64,000 bases of DNA from Deltaproteobacteria bacterium (GTDB taxonomy: Bacteria > Desulfobacterota > WTBG01 > CAIYCZ01 > CAIRTM01), in contig VGSH01000001.1 of assembly GCA_016875025.1 (NCBI GenBank), positions 30,174 to 94,173 on the forward strand. The letters run 5' to 3'. Position 1 is the first letter of the stretch; each line of letters begins with the position of its first letter. The notes under the pieces were generated by a model. It was given only the letters and a program-made list of their open reading frames with translations, searched no databases and was not told the origin of the DNA. Of this stretch, positions 39,679 to 49,893 are shown piece by piece. The translations under genes and the position numbers were made by a program.

Positions 39679-40022
39679 GGGTAATAAGCCTCTTACGGGT
39701 GCCCGGGCTTGCGCAGCTGGCGGAGATGCGAGTATATCCGACGTTATCGGATAGTGCCCCCAGTATAGTTTTTCAGGTAAACAGTGTCAATAAAAACACT
39801 TGAAAAACATTTGAAAAAAGGGTGTAAACAGCAATGCGCCGCAGCTGATCGCGGACGGCGGCCGGCGAATCAGCTTGACAAAAATCCAATGCCCATAGTA
39901 TTTTTAATTATTTTTTATGACTGCTATTCGGACGCAGGGTATGACCGTTCACTGCGGGAACTCGACCGGCATGAACGCTCTGTTTGGGCGATGCTCATCT
40001 TTTTAGACACAGGAGGAACAGA

Positions 40023-41204
40023 ATGAAGAAAGCTGTTATTGTAAGTGCCACCAGAACTGCCGTGGGTAAATTTGGCGGAAGCCTGAAGGATGTCCCCGCC
40101 TATGATCTGGGCGCAATCGTTATCAAGGAGGCTGTCGGTCGCGCAGGGATTGATCCCGCGCTTGTGGATGAAGTTATCATGGGCAATGTCCTTACAACCG
40201 CGCTGGGCCAGAACCCGGCACGTCAGGCTTCCATGAAGGCCGGTATCCCGAAGGAGGTTCCCGCATTCACCATCAACAAAGTGTGCGCCTCCGGCCTGAA
40301 AGCGGTTGCCATTGCAGCGCAGAGCATCAAGGCCGGTGACAATGAGATTGTGATTGCCGGCGGTCAGGAGAACATGACCGCAACTCCGTATGCCATTCCG
40401 AGTGCGCGCTGGGGCGCCCGCATGAACGCGACCCAGATGGTGGACTGCATGGTCTATGACGGCCTGTGGGAAAAGTTCAATGATTATCACATGGGCAACA
40501 CTGCTGAGAACATTGCGGAAAAGTACGGCATTTCCCGTGAGGAGCAGGATGTCTATACCGTCGGCTCTGAAAACAAGGCCGAACAGGCGATTAAAAACGG
40601 CATATTTAAGGATGAAATCGTACCGGTACCGGTTCCGCAGCGCAAGGGCGATCCGGTCATGTTTGACACCGATGAATTTCCCAGCCTGGGAACAACGCTT
40701 GAAAAGATTTCAAAGCTCGCGCCGGCTTTTAAAAAGGGCGGAACGGTTACGGCCGCGAATGCTTCCGGCATCAATGACGGGGCAGCCGCGTTTGTGCTGA
40801 TGTCCGATGACAAAGCCCGCGAACTGGGTAAAACCGCCCTTGGTACGGTTGTCGCATATGCTTCAGGCGGTGTTGATCCCGCGTTTATGGGCATGGGGCC
40901 GGTTCCCGCCATTCAGAAGGCTCTTGCCAAAGCCGGGCTTTCCATCAGCGATATCGACTACTGGGAGCTCAATGAGGCCTTTGCCTCACAGGCGATCGCC
41001 TGCATCCGCGAGCTCAAGATTGACCCTGCAAAGATCAATCATCACGGCGGCGCGGTCGCGCTCGGACACCCGATCGGCGCCAGCGGAGCGCGTATCCTGG
41101 TCACCATGCTGTATGAAATGAAGCGTATCGGCGCGAAACTCGGATGTGCCAGCCTGTGTATCGGCGGCGGTCAGGGCCATGCGCTGATTGTTCAACGGGA
41201 CTGA
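40023..41204 (+). CDS. acetyl-CoA C-acetyltransferase (thiolase II)
   Basis: [21 protein letters not shown]-terminus. Active-site [11 protein letters not shown]-terminal CIGGGQG. ACAGGAGG RBS. Confidence 0.9.
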   Translation: MKKAVIVSATRTAVGKFGGSLKDVPAYDLGAIVIKEAVGRAGIDPALVDEVIMGNVLTTALGQNPARQASMKAGIPKEVPAFTINKVCASGLKAVAIAAQSIKAGDNEIVIAGGQENMTATPYAIPSARWGARMNATQMVDCMVYDGLWEKFNDYHMGNTAENIAEKYGISREEQDVYTVGSENKAEQAIKNGIFKDEIVPVPVPQRKGDPVMFDTDEFPSLGTTLEKISKLAPAFKKGGTVTAANASGINDGAAAFVLMSDDKARELGKTALGTVVAYASGGVDPAFMGMGPVPAIQKALAKAGLSISDIDYWELNEAFASQAIACIRELKIDPAKINHHGGAVALGHPIGASGARILVTMLYEMKRIGAKLGCASLCIGGGQGHALIVQRD

Positions 41205-41327
41205 CAGTTGTGAGTGCATGTTTGCCGGTGGCGTCCCGTATAACGGGGCGCCACTGTTTTTGCCGCTCTGAACAGCCCGGCCCTGTTCAGACGATATGCC
41301 GGATGGCGCGAACAAAGGGGGTAGGCG

Positions 41328-41951
41328 ATGCCTGCAGACAGTATGCTCGGCTATATTTTCAAGGGCGGCTTTTTCATGTATCCCATTCTTTTGTGCTCGG
41401 TTATCTCCCTTGCCATTTTTTTCGAAAAACTGCGCGTTCTGCAGCGCGGACGCGTCATTCCTCCCGGGTTTCTGATTGACTTTGAGCACATGCTCCGGGC
41501 AGAGAAAGTAGCCCCTGCACTGGATTTGTGCAAACAGACCGACGCGCCGATTTCGCGCATCCTGGCCGGAGGCATCAAGAATTACGGCAAGCGCCGTGAG
41601 GTCATCAAGGAGCTGATTCAGGAAGTCGGCCGACGCGAGGCCGCCTACCTTGAGAAATACGTTGAAGCACTGGCCACCATTGCAAACGTTGCGACGCTGC
41701 TGGGGCTGCTCGGCACGATTGCGGGCATGATTAAAATTTTCGGCGTTATTGCGCAGCAGGATCTGGTGAATCCCTCCCTGCTTGCCGGCGGTATTTCAGA
41801 GGCGCTTTATACGACCGGCGCCGGTCTGGGGGTGGCGATTCCAACGCTTATTTTTTATCGGATTATCACCGGCAAGGCTGACGCTTTGATACTTGAAATG
41901 GAAGAATACTGCCTGCGCATGGTCGAGCTGATTAAGGAACAACGCCCGTAA
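41328..41951 (+). CDS. MotA/TolQ/ExbB proton-channel family protein
   Basis: Three TM segments with the family-typical motif (MLGLLGTIAGMIKIF). Confidence 0.8.
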   Translation: MPADSMLGYIFKGGFFMYPILLCSVISLAIFFEKLRVLQRGRVIPPGFLIDFEHMLRAEKVAPALDLCKQTDAPISRILAGGIKNYGKRREVIKELIQEVGRREAAYLEKYVEALATIANVATLLGLLGTIAGMIKIFGVIAQQDLVNPSLLAGGISEALYTTGAGLGVAIPTLIFYRIITGKADALILEMEEYCLRMVELIKEQRP

Positions 41952-42117
41952 CAGCTGCGCCTTTGGCCTGCAGATACAGTGTATCGGGCCCCACTTTGAA
42001 GCACCTGATGCTTTTTACTGCAGGAAATTCTTCCGAATTCAGGTGTTGCTTGAAGATCACGACGGCTTAAAGCCCGCAGGCAACTGTTACTGCGTTACAG
42101 CACCGCCGGTTACTGCC

Positions 42118-42531
42118 ATGCTTTTTAGAGAAAAACGCCCAAGAAATATTCAGCTCGACATCACGCCGATAGTCGATATGGTTTTTAATCTGCTTATTTT
42201 TTTTGCGCTTTCCATCAATTTCAGTTCTGCGGCCTCCATTGACCTTGTGCTGCCGCAGACTTCAATACCGGCACCGGCTCCGCGCGCACCGGTAATTCAA
42301 ATCAGCCGGAGTCTTGAGATCGTCGTTGACCGCAGTGCTGTCGACTATGATGCTCTGCCCGGTGTTGTGGCAAAAGTGCGCCGGAGCAGCGGTGATTCCT
42401 GTATCATTATCATGGCGGATGAAACGGTCAATCACGGATTCGTCGTCGCCGTGATGGATATATGCAGGCAGGCCGGTTTCGAAAAAATATCGATATCGGC
42501 CCGTATGCACCAGGCAGCGATGCGGCAGTAA
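42118..42531 (+). CDS. ExbD/TolR-family biopolymer transport protein
   Basis: N-terminal ITPIVDMVFNLLIFF TM segment followed by a periplasmic domain. 137 aa. Confidence 0.75.
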   Translation: MLFREKRPRNIQLDITPIVDMVFNLLIFFALSINFSSAASIDLVLPQTSIPAPAPRAPVIQISRSLEIVVDRSAVDYDALPGVVAKVRRSSGDSCIIIMADETVNHGFVVAVMDICRQAGFEKISISARMHQAAMRQ

Positions 42532-42669
42532 TGCCGTTATATTGTTGTACAGGCAGTTGGCAATAGCTATATATTGACGCCGGCTATGTCTGCATGGATG
42601 ATGTGCGTCCGGCCCCCCGGTGTAAGCGGCTGAATAAAAAAAAAACTTAATATCAACGGGCTTTTGCCG

Positions 42670-42987
42670 ATGAAAATGAGTGTAAAAATAGCATTCTCAG
42701 TTTTGTTCTTTGGTATAGTGCTGACGCTGGCAGCATTTTTGTTTTTCGGTCAGCGGGGATTAGCACATTTAGTGACCTTGCAGGAGCAGTTTGCAAACCT
42801 TGAAGCTGAAAACCAGCGCATCGTGCTTGAGAACGAGCGGTTGAGGCAGGAAGTTGAGCTTCTAAATGACAATCTGGCGTACATTGAGGATATTGCCCGC
42901 AAGCAGCTCGGTCTTGTAAAGAATGATGAGCTGGTATACCAGCTGCAGCCGGACGATACCGCTCAACCTGGTTCCGACAGTCGCTAA
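42670..42987 (+). CDS. ftsB: septum formation initiator (FtsB/DivIC-like) coiled-coil protein
   Basis: Single TM segment followed by a leucine-zipper coiled coil LQEQFANLEAENQRIVLENERLRQEVELL. Confidence 0.65.
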   Translation: MKMSVKIAFSVLFFGIVLTLAAFLFFGQRGLAHLVTLQEQFANLEAENQRIVLENERLRQEVELLNDNLAYIEDIARKQLGLVKNDELVYQLQPDDTAQPGSDSR

Positions 42988-43008
42988 AAGGATATGTGAG
43001 GTTTGCAG

Positions 43009-44064
43009 ATGCTGTCATTTGGGTCTTCCAAAAAATTGATTGGTGTCGATGTCGGAACCAGTTCTGTTAAGCTGGTTGAGCTGGAGGAGGCCAAGGGCGG
43101 CTACCGGCTTAAAAATTTCGGCCTCGCCAGACTTCCCCGTGAAACCATTGTCAATGGTGTTGTTATCAATGCCGAGCCGCTGATTCAGGCCGTTAAGGGC
43201 CTGATCAGCAGCCTCAAAATAAACTGTCGCGATGTTGCTTTTTCCGTGTCCTGCCATCCGGTGATTATCAAGAAAATTGCGCTGCCTCTCATGACCGAAG
43301 ATTCGCTTGAGCCGGTTATCGTCAGTGAGGCGGAGCAGTATATTCCTTTTGACCTTGACGAGGTTAATATCGATTTTCAGATACTCGGTGTCAATGAAGA
43401 TAATCCTGAAATGATGGATGTTATGCTCGTGGCTGCCAAGAAGGCCATGATCGAAGAATATACCGACGCCTTTCAGCACGCGGGGCTGCGCTGCCGCATT
43501 GTTGACATAGATGTTTTCGCTCTTGAGAACATGTTCAATCTCAATTATCTGCATGAAGAGAATGAAACCTTTGCGCTTGTGGATATAGGCGCAAGCGTAA
43601 CCAATATCAACATTCTCAAGAACGGAACGTCGATATTCAACCGCGATGTGTTCCTGGGCGGCAATCAGATAACGGAAGAGATCCAGAAAGAGCTTTCAGT
43701 CAGTTTCGAAGAAGCCGAAATGCTTAAGACCGGTGAGGAAATTGAGGGCATTGATCACGGGATGCTTGATCAGATCATCGCTAAAACCGCCCAGTCGATC
43801 GCTCGTGAAATTCAGAGGACACTTGAGTTCTTTACCAGCTCAACCTTCGTTGAGATCAACCATCTCTTCCTGAGCGGCGGTGCATCCAAGACCTCGGGCC
43901 TCAAGGAGATGATCGAAGAGAAGATGAACCTGGTGGTTGAATTTATCGATCCTTTTAAGGTTATTAAATACGATACAAAGTCATTTGATCCCGAATATAT
44001 GCGGGATGTTTCGGCGGTTGCGGCTGTCGGGGTCGGACTTGCCACCCGCAGGATTGGGGAGTGA
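43009..44064 (+). CDS. pilM: type IV pilus assembly protein PilM (actin-like ATPase)
   Basis: LIGVDVGTSSVKLVEL N-terminus. Conserved order with the pilNOPQ genes downstream. GTGAGG RBS. Confidence 0.9.
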   Translation: MLSFGSSKKLIGVDVGTSSVKLVELEEAKGGYRLKNFGLARLPRETIVNGVVINAEPLIQAVKGLISSLKINCRDVAFSVSCHPVIIKKIALPLMTEDSLEPVIVSEAEQYIPFDLDEVNIDFQILGVNEDNPEMMDVMLVAAKKAMIEEYTDAFQHAGLRCRIVDIDVFALENMFNLNYLHEENETFALVDIGASVTNINILKNGTSIFNRDVFLGGNQITEEIQKELSVSFEEAEMLKTGEEIEGIDHGMLDQIIAKTAQSIAREIQRTLEFFTSSTFVEINHLFLSGGASKTSGLKEMIEEKMNLVVEFIDPFKVIKYDTKSFDPEYMRDVSAVAAVGVGLATRRIGE

Positions 44065-44070
44065 CCGGCA

Positions 44071-44649
44071 ATGATTAAGATAAATCTGCTGCCATACCGG
44101 GCTGCTCGGAAAAAAGAGATCATTACGCGGCAGATAGTTATTGGAGCACTGCCGCTGCTGGTGACCTGCCTGATAATCGGCTTTTTCTGGTGGTCTATTA
44201 ACGCAAGCAATACCAAGGCCCAGAACGATATAGCGGATCTTAAGGAAAAAATCAGGCAGAGTGCGCTCAAAATGAAAGATATCGAGAATTTCAAGGCGCA
44301 AAAAGAGCTGCTTGAAAAAAAGCTTGATATTATAGCGTCGCTTCAGAAAAACAAGTCCGGACCTGTGCGCCTGCTTGATGCGCTCTCTACGTGCCTGCCG
44401 GGAAATCTGTGGTTGATTAAGCTCGAGCAGAAGGGCACGGATCTGATGCTTGATGGCCGTTCCATGGATAATCTGTCGATTTCACGGTATATGGTCAGCA
44501 TTGAGAATTCCGATTTGCTGAATACTGTAGAGCTTGGGGAGATTAAAACCGACACCAAGGCGTCCATCGCCGGAGGTGTTGTTTTGAAGGTTTTTAAAAT
44601 GAAATCCAAGGTTGCATACAGCGGAGATGCTCCCGCTCCGTCAAGCTGA
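44071..44649 (+). CDS. pilN: type IV pilus assembly protein PilN
   Basis: MIKINLLPYRAARKKE start and a single TM segment. GGGGAG RBS. Confidence 0.9.
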   Translation: MIKINLLPYRAARKKEIITRQIVIGALPLLVTCLIIGFFWWSINASNTKAQNDIADLKEKIRQSALKMKDIENFKAQKELLEKKLDIIASLQKNKSGPVRLLDALSTCLPGNLWLIKLEQKGTDLMLDGRSMDNLSISRYMVSIENSDLLNTVELGEIKTDTKASIAGGVVLKVFKMKSKVAYSGDAPAPSS

Positions 44650-44702
44650 GATTGCAGCCGCCTGCCGGGCGAAGAATTACTGAAATATTATACGGACACA
44701 TT

Positions 44703-45368
44703 ATGGCAGACGCCGGACAGATGTTTGAAAAATTTTTGAAGCTTCCCGACCATCAGAAGCTGATCGCCCTTGGCGCGCTTATAGTCCTTCTGTCGGTCGG
44801 CTATTATTACGGGATTCATGCTCCGAAAGTGCTGGAGCTGGAGTCCAGACAGAATGAATTGACAAAGCTCAATGCTCAGTACAGTGAGCAGCAGCGGGTA
44901 CTGGCAAATATTGACAACTTTCGCAACGAACTTCGCGCCATGCAGGTTCAGTTTGAGGAATCGCTGAAGCAGCTCCCGAACTCAAGTGAGATACCCGCTC
45001 TGTTGAGTAATATCTCAGCGCTTGCACAGGAAAGCGGATTGGAAATCCTGCTGTTTAAGCCTGCCCCTGAACTTGCCAAGGGGTTTTATGCTGACATACC
45101 GGTTGCCATGGAAGTAAAGGGTAATTATCATGACATCGGCTATTTTTTTGATAAGGTTGCCAGTCTCGACAGGATCGTGAATATTGAAAATATTTCCATG
45201 GCGCCGGCTAAGGCACAGGCCAAGGGGATGCAGCTTGAAAGCAGGCTGCATGCTAAATTTACAATCGTAACCTTCAAGTTTATCGATGAGGTTAAAGCCC
45301 AGGTTCCTGCCAAAGGCAAAAGAAGGCAACGGGGTAAAAAGGCCGCGGCGGGTGATGATGGGTTGTAG
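44703..45368 (+). CDS. pilO: type IV pilus assembly protein PilO (start could be the TTG at 44652)
   Basis: Single TM segment, coiled coil and a C-terminal domain. Matches the PilO position. Confidence 0.8.
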   Translation: MADAGQMFEKFLKLPDHQKLIALGALIVLLSVGYYYGIHAPKVLELESRQNELTKLNAQYSEQQRVLANIDNFRNELRAMQVQFEESLKQLPNSSEIPALLSNISALAQESGLEILLFKPAPELAKGFYADIPVAMEVKGNYHDIGYFFDKVASLDRIVNIENISMAPAKAQAKGMQLESRLHAKFTIVTFKFIDEVKAQVPAKGKRRQRGKKAAAGDDGL

Positions 45369-45390
45369 TATCGCAGAATAGGACACGACA

Positions 45391-45927
45391 ATGAGATGTT
45401 TAATTTACAGCGTGCTTATTTTCTTTTGTGTTATTGCGGTACCGGGATGCGCGCCAGACCAGCAAACCCAGCAGGAGGCTTCTGTTGAAAGGCCCGCACG
45501 TAAAAAACGGCCGCCGAAACAGCAGCCTGTTGCCGCGGCTGAACAGCCTCAGCCTGCCGGACAGCCATTCGGGTACAGCTCAGCGGGCAAGGCCGATCCG
45601 TTTCGTCCGCTGGTCGTTGATACAGCCGCTAAAAAGGCCTCGGAGGCTCGATCGCGTGACCGGGAATTTCTCACGCCCCTGCAAAAGTATGAATTGAAGG
45701 ATTTAAAGCTTGTGGCCGTTGTGGTATCGGATGATGGTCCCACCGCCATGCTTGAGGATCCCACCGGATACGGATATGTCGTTCGCACTGGGATGCTTGT
45801 CGGCCCTAACGACGGTGTTGTTGAGCGGGTCACGCGTACGGGCATTATCGTAAGAGAAAAAATCTTTAATTCGCTTGGCGAAGAAGAACCCAGAATTTCA
45901 ACAATAACGATTCAACAGCTCGAATAG
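45391..45927 (+). CDS. pilP: type IV pilus assembly lipoprotein PilP
   Basis: Lipobox AVPGCA. The C-terminal beta domain YELKDLKLVAVV...GMLVGPNDGVVERV is typical of PilP. Confidence 0.85.
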   Translation: MRCLIYSVLIFFCVIAVPGCAPDQQTQQEASVERPARKKRPPKQQPVAAAEQPQPAGQPFGYSSAGKADPFRPLVVDTAAKKASEARSRDREFLTPLQKYELKDLKLVAVVVSDDGPTAMLEDPTGYGYVVRTGMLVGPNDGVVERVTRTGIIVREKIFNSLGEEEPRISTITIQQLE

Positions 45928-45936
45928 AGGATTGTC

Positions 45937-48171
45937 ATGAAAGCATATCAAGATTCGCTGCGTTTACTGGTTGCCATGGCTGTGACTGCCGTTCTGTGCA
46001 GCTCCTGTGTATCCGGCAGCACCCTGAAAACCGATGAGGCTGCACTGCCGGCTGCTGCTGAAAGCACCGTGGACGATCAGGCAGGTGCGGTTGTCAAGTC
46101 GGTTGCCCTTGTCGATATGCAATCCGGCTGCTCTCTCAGTTTTCTAACGGGCGCTCCTCCCCAATATACGGTTTTCAAACTGACCGATCCACATCGTATT
46201 ATTGTCGATCTGCCCGAATTCGCCCTGGCTGAACATGCCGATTTGAGCATCGCCGATAATGATTTTATCGCAGGTCTTACTTCCGAAAAAATTCAGGACC
46301 GGGAACGGGATTATCTGCGGCTTACGGTTGCGCTGCGTGACGACTGGGTATACACGACTTCCAGCGATGCCACTTCCCTCACGATTGACATCAGCCGGAA
46401 AATGCCGGATGGTGGTACGCCGGCAAAGACGACCGCGGCAGTGCAGCCCGCTGCATCTGCTGCGGTACCCGCATCAGGCCGCCCCGTAATTTCCTCGATC
46501 GTTCCGCATACCGGACCCGACGGCATGAGCATTGAGCTTGTATCAGCAGCTCCCATCGGCACGTATAATGCCTATACTTTGAAAAACCCCAGCCGGTTTG
46601 TAATCGACCTTCCCGGCGCACGTGCATCGATCGGCACCTCGCGTATCGCGGTTAACAATGCATTCGTTGAGCAGATCCGCCTCGGATCGGATCCCCGCAA
46701 CCTCAGGGTAGTCGTTGATATCGCATCCCCAACCCTGCCTCAGTACCAGATCGCCAAACAGGGTGCGTCCCTGATGGTGCATCTGCAGTCTGTCGCTGTA
46801 TCGTCGCCCGCAAAGGCGGCCGAAGCGTCCGGACAACCTGTAGCGCCGGAGCCTGTACTGCCGACAGAGTCGGTTGCGTTAGAGGAGTCTGTTCCGGTCG
46901 GCGATGAGGCGGCAGCAGCGCCCCAGCAGTTCAGCGGCCCCAATATATCGTTTGATTTCAAGGATGCGGATATAAAAAATGTCTTGCGCCTTATCGCCGA
47001 TATCAGCGGCCGAAACATGATTATCAGCGAAGCCGTCACCGGACGCGTAACTCTTAAGCTTGACAATATCCCCCTTGATGAAGCGCTTGAGCTGATTCTC
47101 GAGACGAACGCGCTTGGCAGTATTGTGACAAAAAATATCACCCGGATTGAAACCCGCGAGCGCATCAAGGCCATTAATGAAGAAAAACTGCTCGCCCGTC
47201 AGTCCCATGAGGAAGTCGTTGACCTTGAAATCAGGACCTTTGACGTCAGTTATACAAAGGCCCAGGATGTTGCACAGTTTTTAAAGCAGTTGAAGGTGTT
47301 GAGCCCGCGGGGCAGCGCAACCTCTTTCCGGCTGACAAACAAGGTCGTGGTTAAGGACATACCTGAGAATATTTCCAGGATCGCCGAGCTGATCCGGGAG
47401 CAGGATGTGCCGACGCGGCAGGTCATGATTGAGGCCCGGGTTGTGCAGTCAAATCCAAGTTATACCAAACAGCTCGGTATTTCCTGGGGCGGAACCTACA
47501 CTACCACAAAAGATGGCAACCCGATTAACATCGGCGGCGGGGCCGGCGGCAATAATATCGTAAATCTTCCTGCGCCGATCGGGGACGGGTCGGGCGGCGG
47601 TATAAATCTTGGCTATATACGGGATAATCTTACGCTCAATATGCAGCTGAGCGCGCTTGAAAATGACGACAAGATAAAAATCGTTTCCAATCCGCGTGTT
47701 ATAGGACTTGATAACCAGGAAGCGCTTATCAAGCAGGGCGTTGCGCTTCCCTATGCTGTTTTGAATGAGAACGGCGTTACCTCGACAGAGTTCAAGGATG
47801 CTGTTCTTGAGCTTGAAGTTACGCCGAAAATTACCCCTCAAAATACTATAACTCTCGAACTGAAGATTACAAAAAACCAGAAGTCATCCCAGGTCGGCCA
47901 GGACAACGCGCCCGGCATCGATGTACGGGAAGTTGAAACGTTTTTGCTGGTCCAGAGCGGAGTGACTGCAGTTATCGGCGGTATTTATGAGACAACCCAG
48001 ACGCTCAATATAAAAACGGTTCCTTTTTTTGGAACCCTGCCGTATTTCGGCTATTTTTTCAGGAACGAGAAACAGGAAGAGCAGCTTACCGAGCTGCTGG
48101 TCTTTTTGACGGTAACGATTCTGGATGCACCTGGAACGATTGCACAGGGACCGGAATCGGTTTCAGGTTGA
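45937..48171 (+). CDS. pilQ: type IV pilus secretin PilQ with N-terminal AMIN domains
   Basis: Two AMIN-like repeats. N0 and secretin domains. C-terminal secretin motifs such as VPFFGTLPYFGYFFR. Confidence 0.9.
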   Translation: MKAYQDSLRLLVAMAVTAVLCSSCVSGSTLKTDEAALPAAAESTVDDQAGAVVKSVALVDMQSGCSLSFLTGAPPQYTVFKLTDPHRIIVDLPEFALAEHADLSIADNDFIAGLTSEKIQDRERDYLRLTVALRDDWVYTTSSDATSLTIDISRKMPDGGTPAKTTAAVQPAASAAVPASGRPVISSIVPHTGPDGMSIELVSAAPIGTYNAYTLKNPSRFVIDLPGARASIGTSRIAVNNAFVEQIRLGSDPRNLRVVVDIASPTLPQYQIAKQGASLMVHLQSVAVSSPAKAAEASGQPVAPEPVLPTESVALEESVPVGDEAAAAPQQFSGPNISFDFKDADIKNVLRLIADISGRNMIISEAVTGRVTLKLDNIPLDEALELILETNALGSIVTKNITRIETRERIKAINEEKLLARQSHEEVVDLEIRTFDVSYTKAQDVAQFLKQLKVLSPRGSATSFRLTNKVVVKDIPENISRIAELIREQDVPTRQVMIEARVVQSNPSYTKQLGISWGGTYTTTKDGNPINIGGGAGGNNIVNLPAPIGDGSGGGINLGYIRDNLTLNMQLSALENDDKIKIVSNPRVIGLDNQEALIKQGVALPYAVLNENGVTSTEFKDAVLELEVTPKITPQNTITLELKITKNQKSSQVGQDNAPGIDVREVETFLLVQSGVTAVIGGIYETTQTLNIKTVPFFGTLPYFGYFFRNEKQEEQLTELLVFLTVTILDAPGTIAQGPESVSG

Positions 48172-48250
48172 AAATCCGTTGAAACGAATGCTTATGGCTG
48201 CATGCACAATACCGTATGATAAACAGCGCATTATAAGGAGGTTGACGGCA

Positions 48251-49477
48251 ATGAAGCAACTACGATGGAATAGCATGATTACTGTTCTGGCTGTTCTGAC
48301 AGCCATGGGATGCGGCGGCAGCGCCACCATGACGCAGAATATTTCGCCACGACCGACACCGAATGTCAAATTCATTCCTGCTGAAAATACGGTCTATGTG
48401 AGCGGCATCAGGAAGGTTGCCATATTTCCCTTTGCCGATTACTCCCATCAGCAGCGCACAATCCGGCCGGATGCATGGGGCGGCAATATCCGCATACAGG
48501 AGGAAATAGCCGACCATCTTGTTGCTCACGGGCTCACGCTTGCTGTGCAGGAGGATGTTAATACGCTGCTTGTCGATCGTCAGATTATCCGGCCGATTGA
48601 CGATACAATGTACCTTATTCAGGGAACGGCCCCGCCGATCGACACTACGCATGAAGACCAGATTGAGCGGGTTGAGTCGCTTGAGTACGCACTCGCCAAT
48701 CATGTGCATACGGATGTGATGGCGGATGAAATTTTTTCCCTGATGGGTAAACAGAAAAAAAACGATGATAGTAAAAAGTCGGATTCACCTGTTCTGCAGG
48801 GGGCAACTGTCGGCCTGACCAAAGAGATGGTTGTCGAGCTTGCAGACGAGCTTGATGTTGATCTTATTATCCGCGGACGAATTCTGGACTACGGCATTAA
48901 GGAAACCGCCTCGTTGAATCCGTTTACCAGCGGCATCGTAACGGTGGCATTCCATGGTACGCGTGACCTGCTCCTGGGCGGCAAGGGTTCCTATGACTCC
49001 GGTGGTGAAAGAGCGCGCCGCGGAATTGTGCCGTCGGTGTTCGGCGATGCCCGGCGTTTTACGTGGGGCGGCACCGATCCCATCAACTATGAGGCCGACC
49101 TTGATGATATTACGAATATCGCCACCGGAACAGCTGTGGGTGCGGTAATCGGCTCCGGAACCGGCGCACTGATCGGAGCTGGCACGGGGTATATTGTCGG
49201 CCAGCAGCCGGCACGGAACAAGCGTTCGGCTGTTGTACAGGTACGGATGTATGCACAGAACGGTAAGACCGGTGAGGTCATGTGGTCCAACCGTGTTGAA
49301 ATTGAGTTTTCACCTGCGAATAATTTTGATAATACAAATACGCACCCCCGCGTGATGTTTGATAATGCTGTTCGTGAAGGCATCAAATCCCTGATGGATG
49401 GTTTTTTTATTGAAACCGAAGGGGTATTCTCCGCGGCAGAGCAGGAAGTGGTGCCCGTGCAGAAAGAGGGTACCTGA
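48251..49477 (+). CDS. lipoprotein with a C-terminal glycine-zipper segment, unknown function
   Basis: Lipobox LTAMGCGG. ATGTAVGAVIGSGTGALIGAGTGYIVG glycine zipper. Confidence 0.5.
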   Translation: MKQLRWNSMITVLAVLTAMGCGGSATMTQNISPRPTPNVKFIPAENTVYVSGIRKVAIFPFADYSHQQRTIRPDAWGGNIRIQEEIADHLVAHGLTLAVQEDVNTLLVDRQIIRPIDDTMYLIQGTAPPIDTTHEDQIERVESLEYALANHVHTDVMADEIFSLMGKQKKNDDSKKSDSPVLQGATVGLTKEMVVELADELDVDLIIRGRILDYGIKETASLNPFTSGIVTVAFHGTRDLLLGGKGSYDSGGERARRGIVPSVFGDARRFTWGGTDPINYEADLDDITNIATGTAVGAVIGSGTGALIGAGTGYIVGQQPARNKRSAVVQVRMYAQNGKTGEVMWSNRVEIEFSPANNFDNTNTHPRVMFDNAVREGIKSLMDGFFIETEGVFSAAEQEVVPVQKEGT

Positions 49478-49593
49478 CGTTCGGATGCAGGCATTCTTGA
49501 ACTGATCGAAAGCACAGGTGTTACAACCTGTGTTTTTTTGTTATACTTGCCATGTATATGGAGTCATGATTATACTTATTATAATGGAACAGT

Positions 49594-49877
49594 GGTGTCC
49601 AAAATAATTCAGAACAGGCCCTCCGGCCGGGGCCGTGCCGTCCCATCCGGAAGTTTGTGCACTGCCGATGCAACGGCACGTCCTGTAAAATTCATTGTAT
49701 ACACGGCCCAGGCGCACTGCCGTAGACAACAATCGCGGGGGCGTGCCTGGCCCGTTTGAAATATTGCGGCACACGGGCCGAACATGAAATGAGGTCTTCT
49801 TTGCCGGATGGGACGGCACGGCCCCGGACAGAGGGCCTTCAGCAGCGATACAATAATTTATTTTGGACAAATCTGAT
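49594..49877 (-). repeat. MITE-like palindromic element, copy B (inverted relative to copy A)
   Basis: About 95% identical to the reverse complement of 1205-1480, including both TIRs and the 36-bp arms. The ORF across it (49541-49870) mirrors the ORF across copy A, so it is spurious. Confidence 0.8.
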
Positions 49878-49893
49878 AATGGAATAAGCTGCC

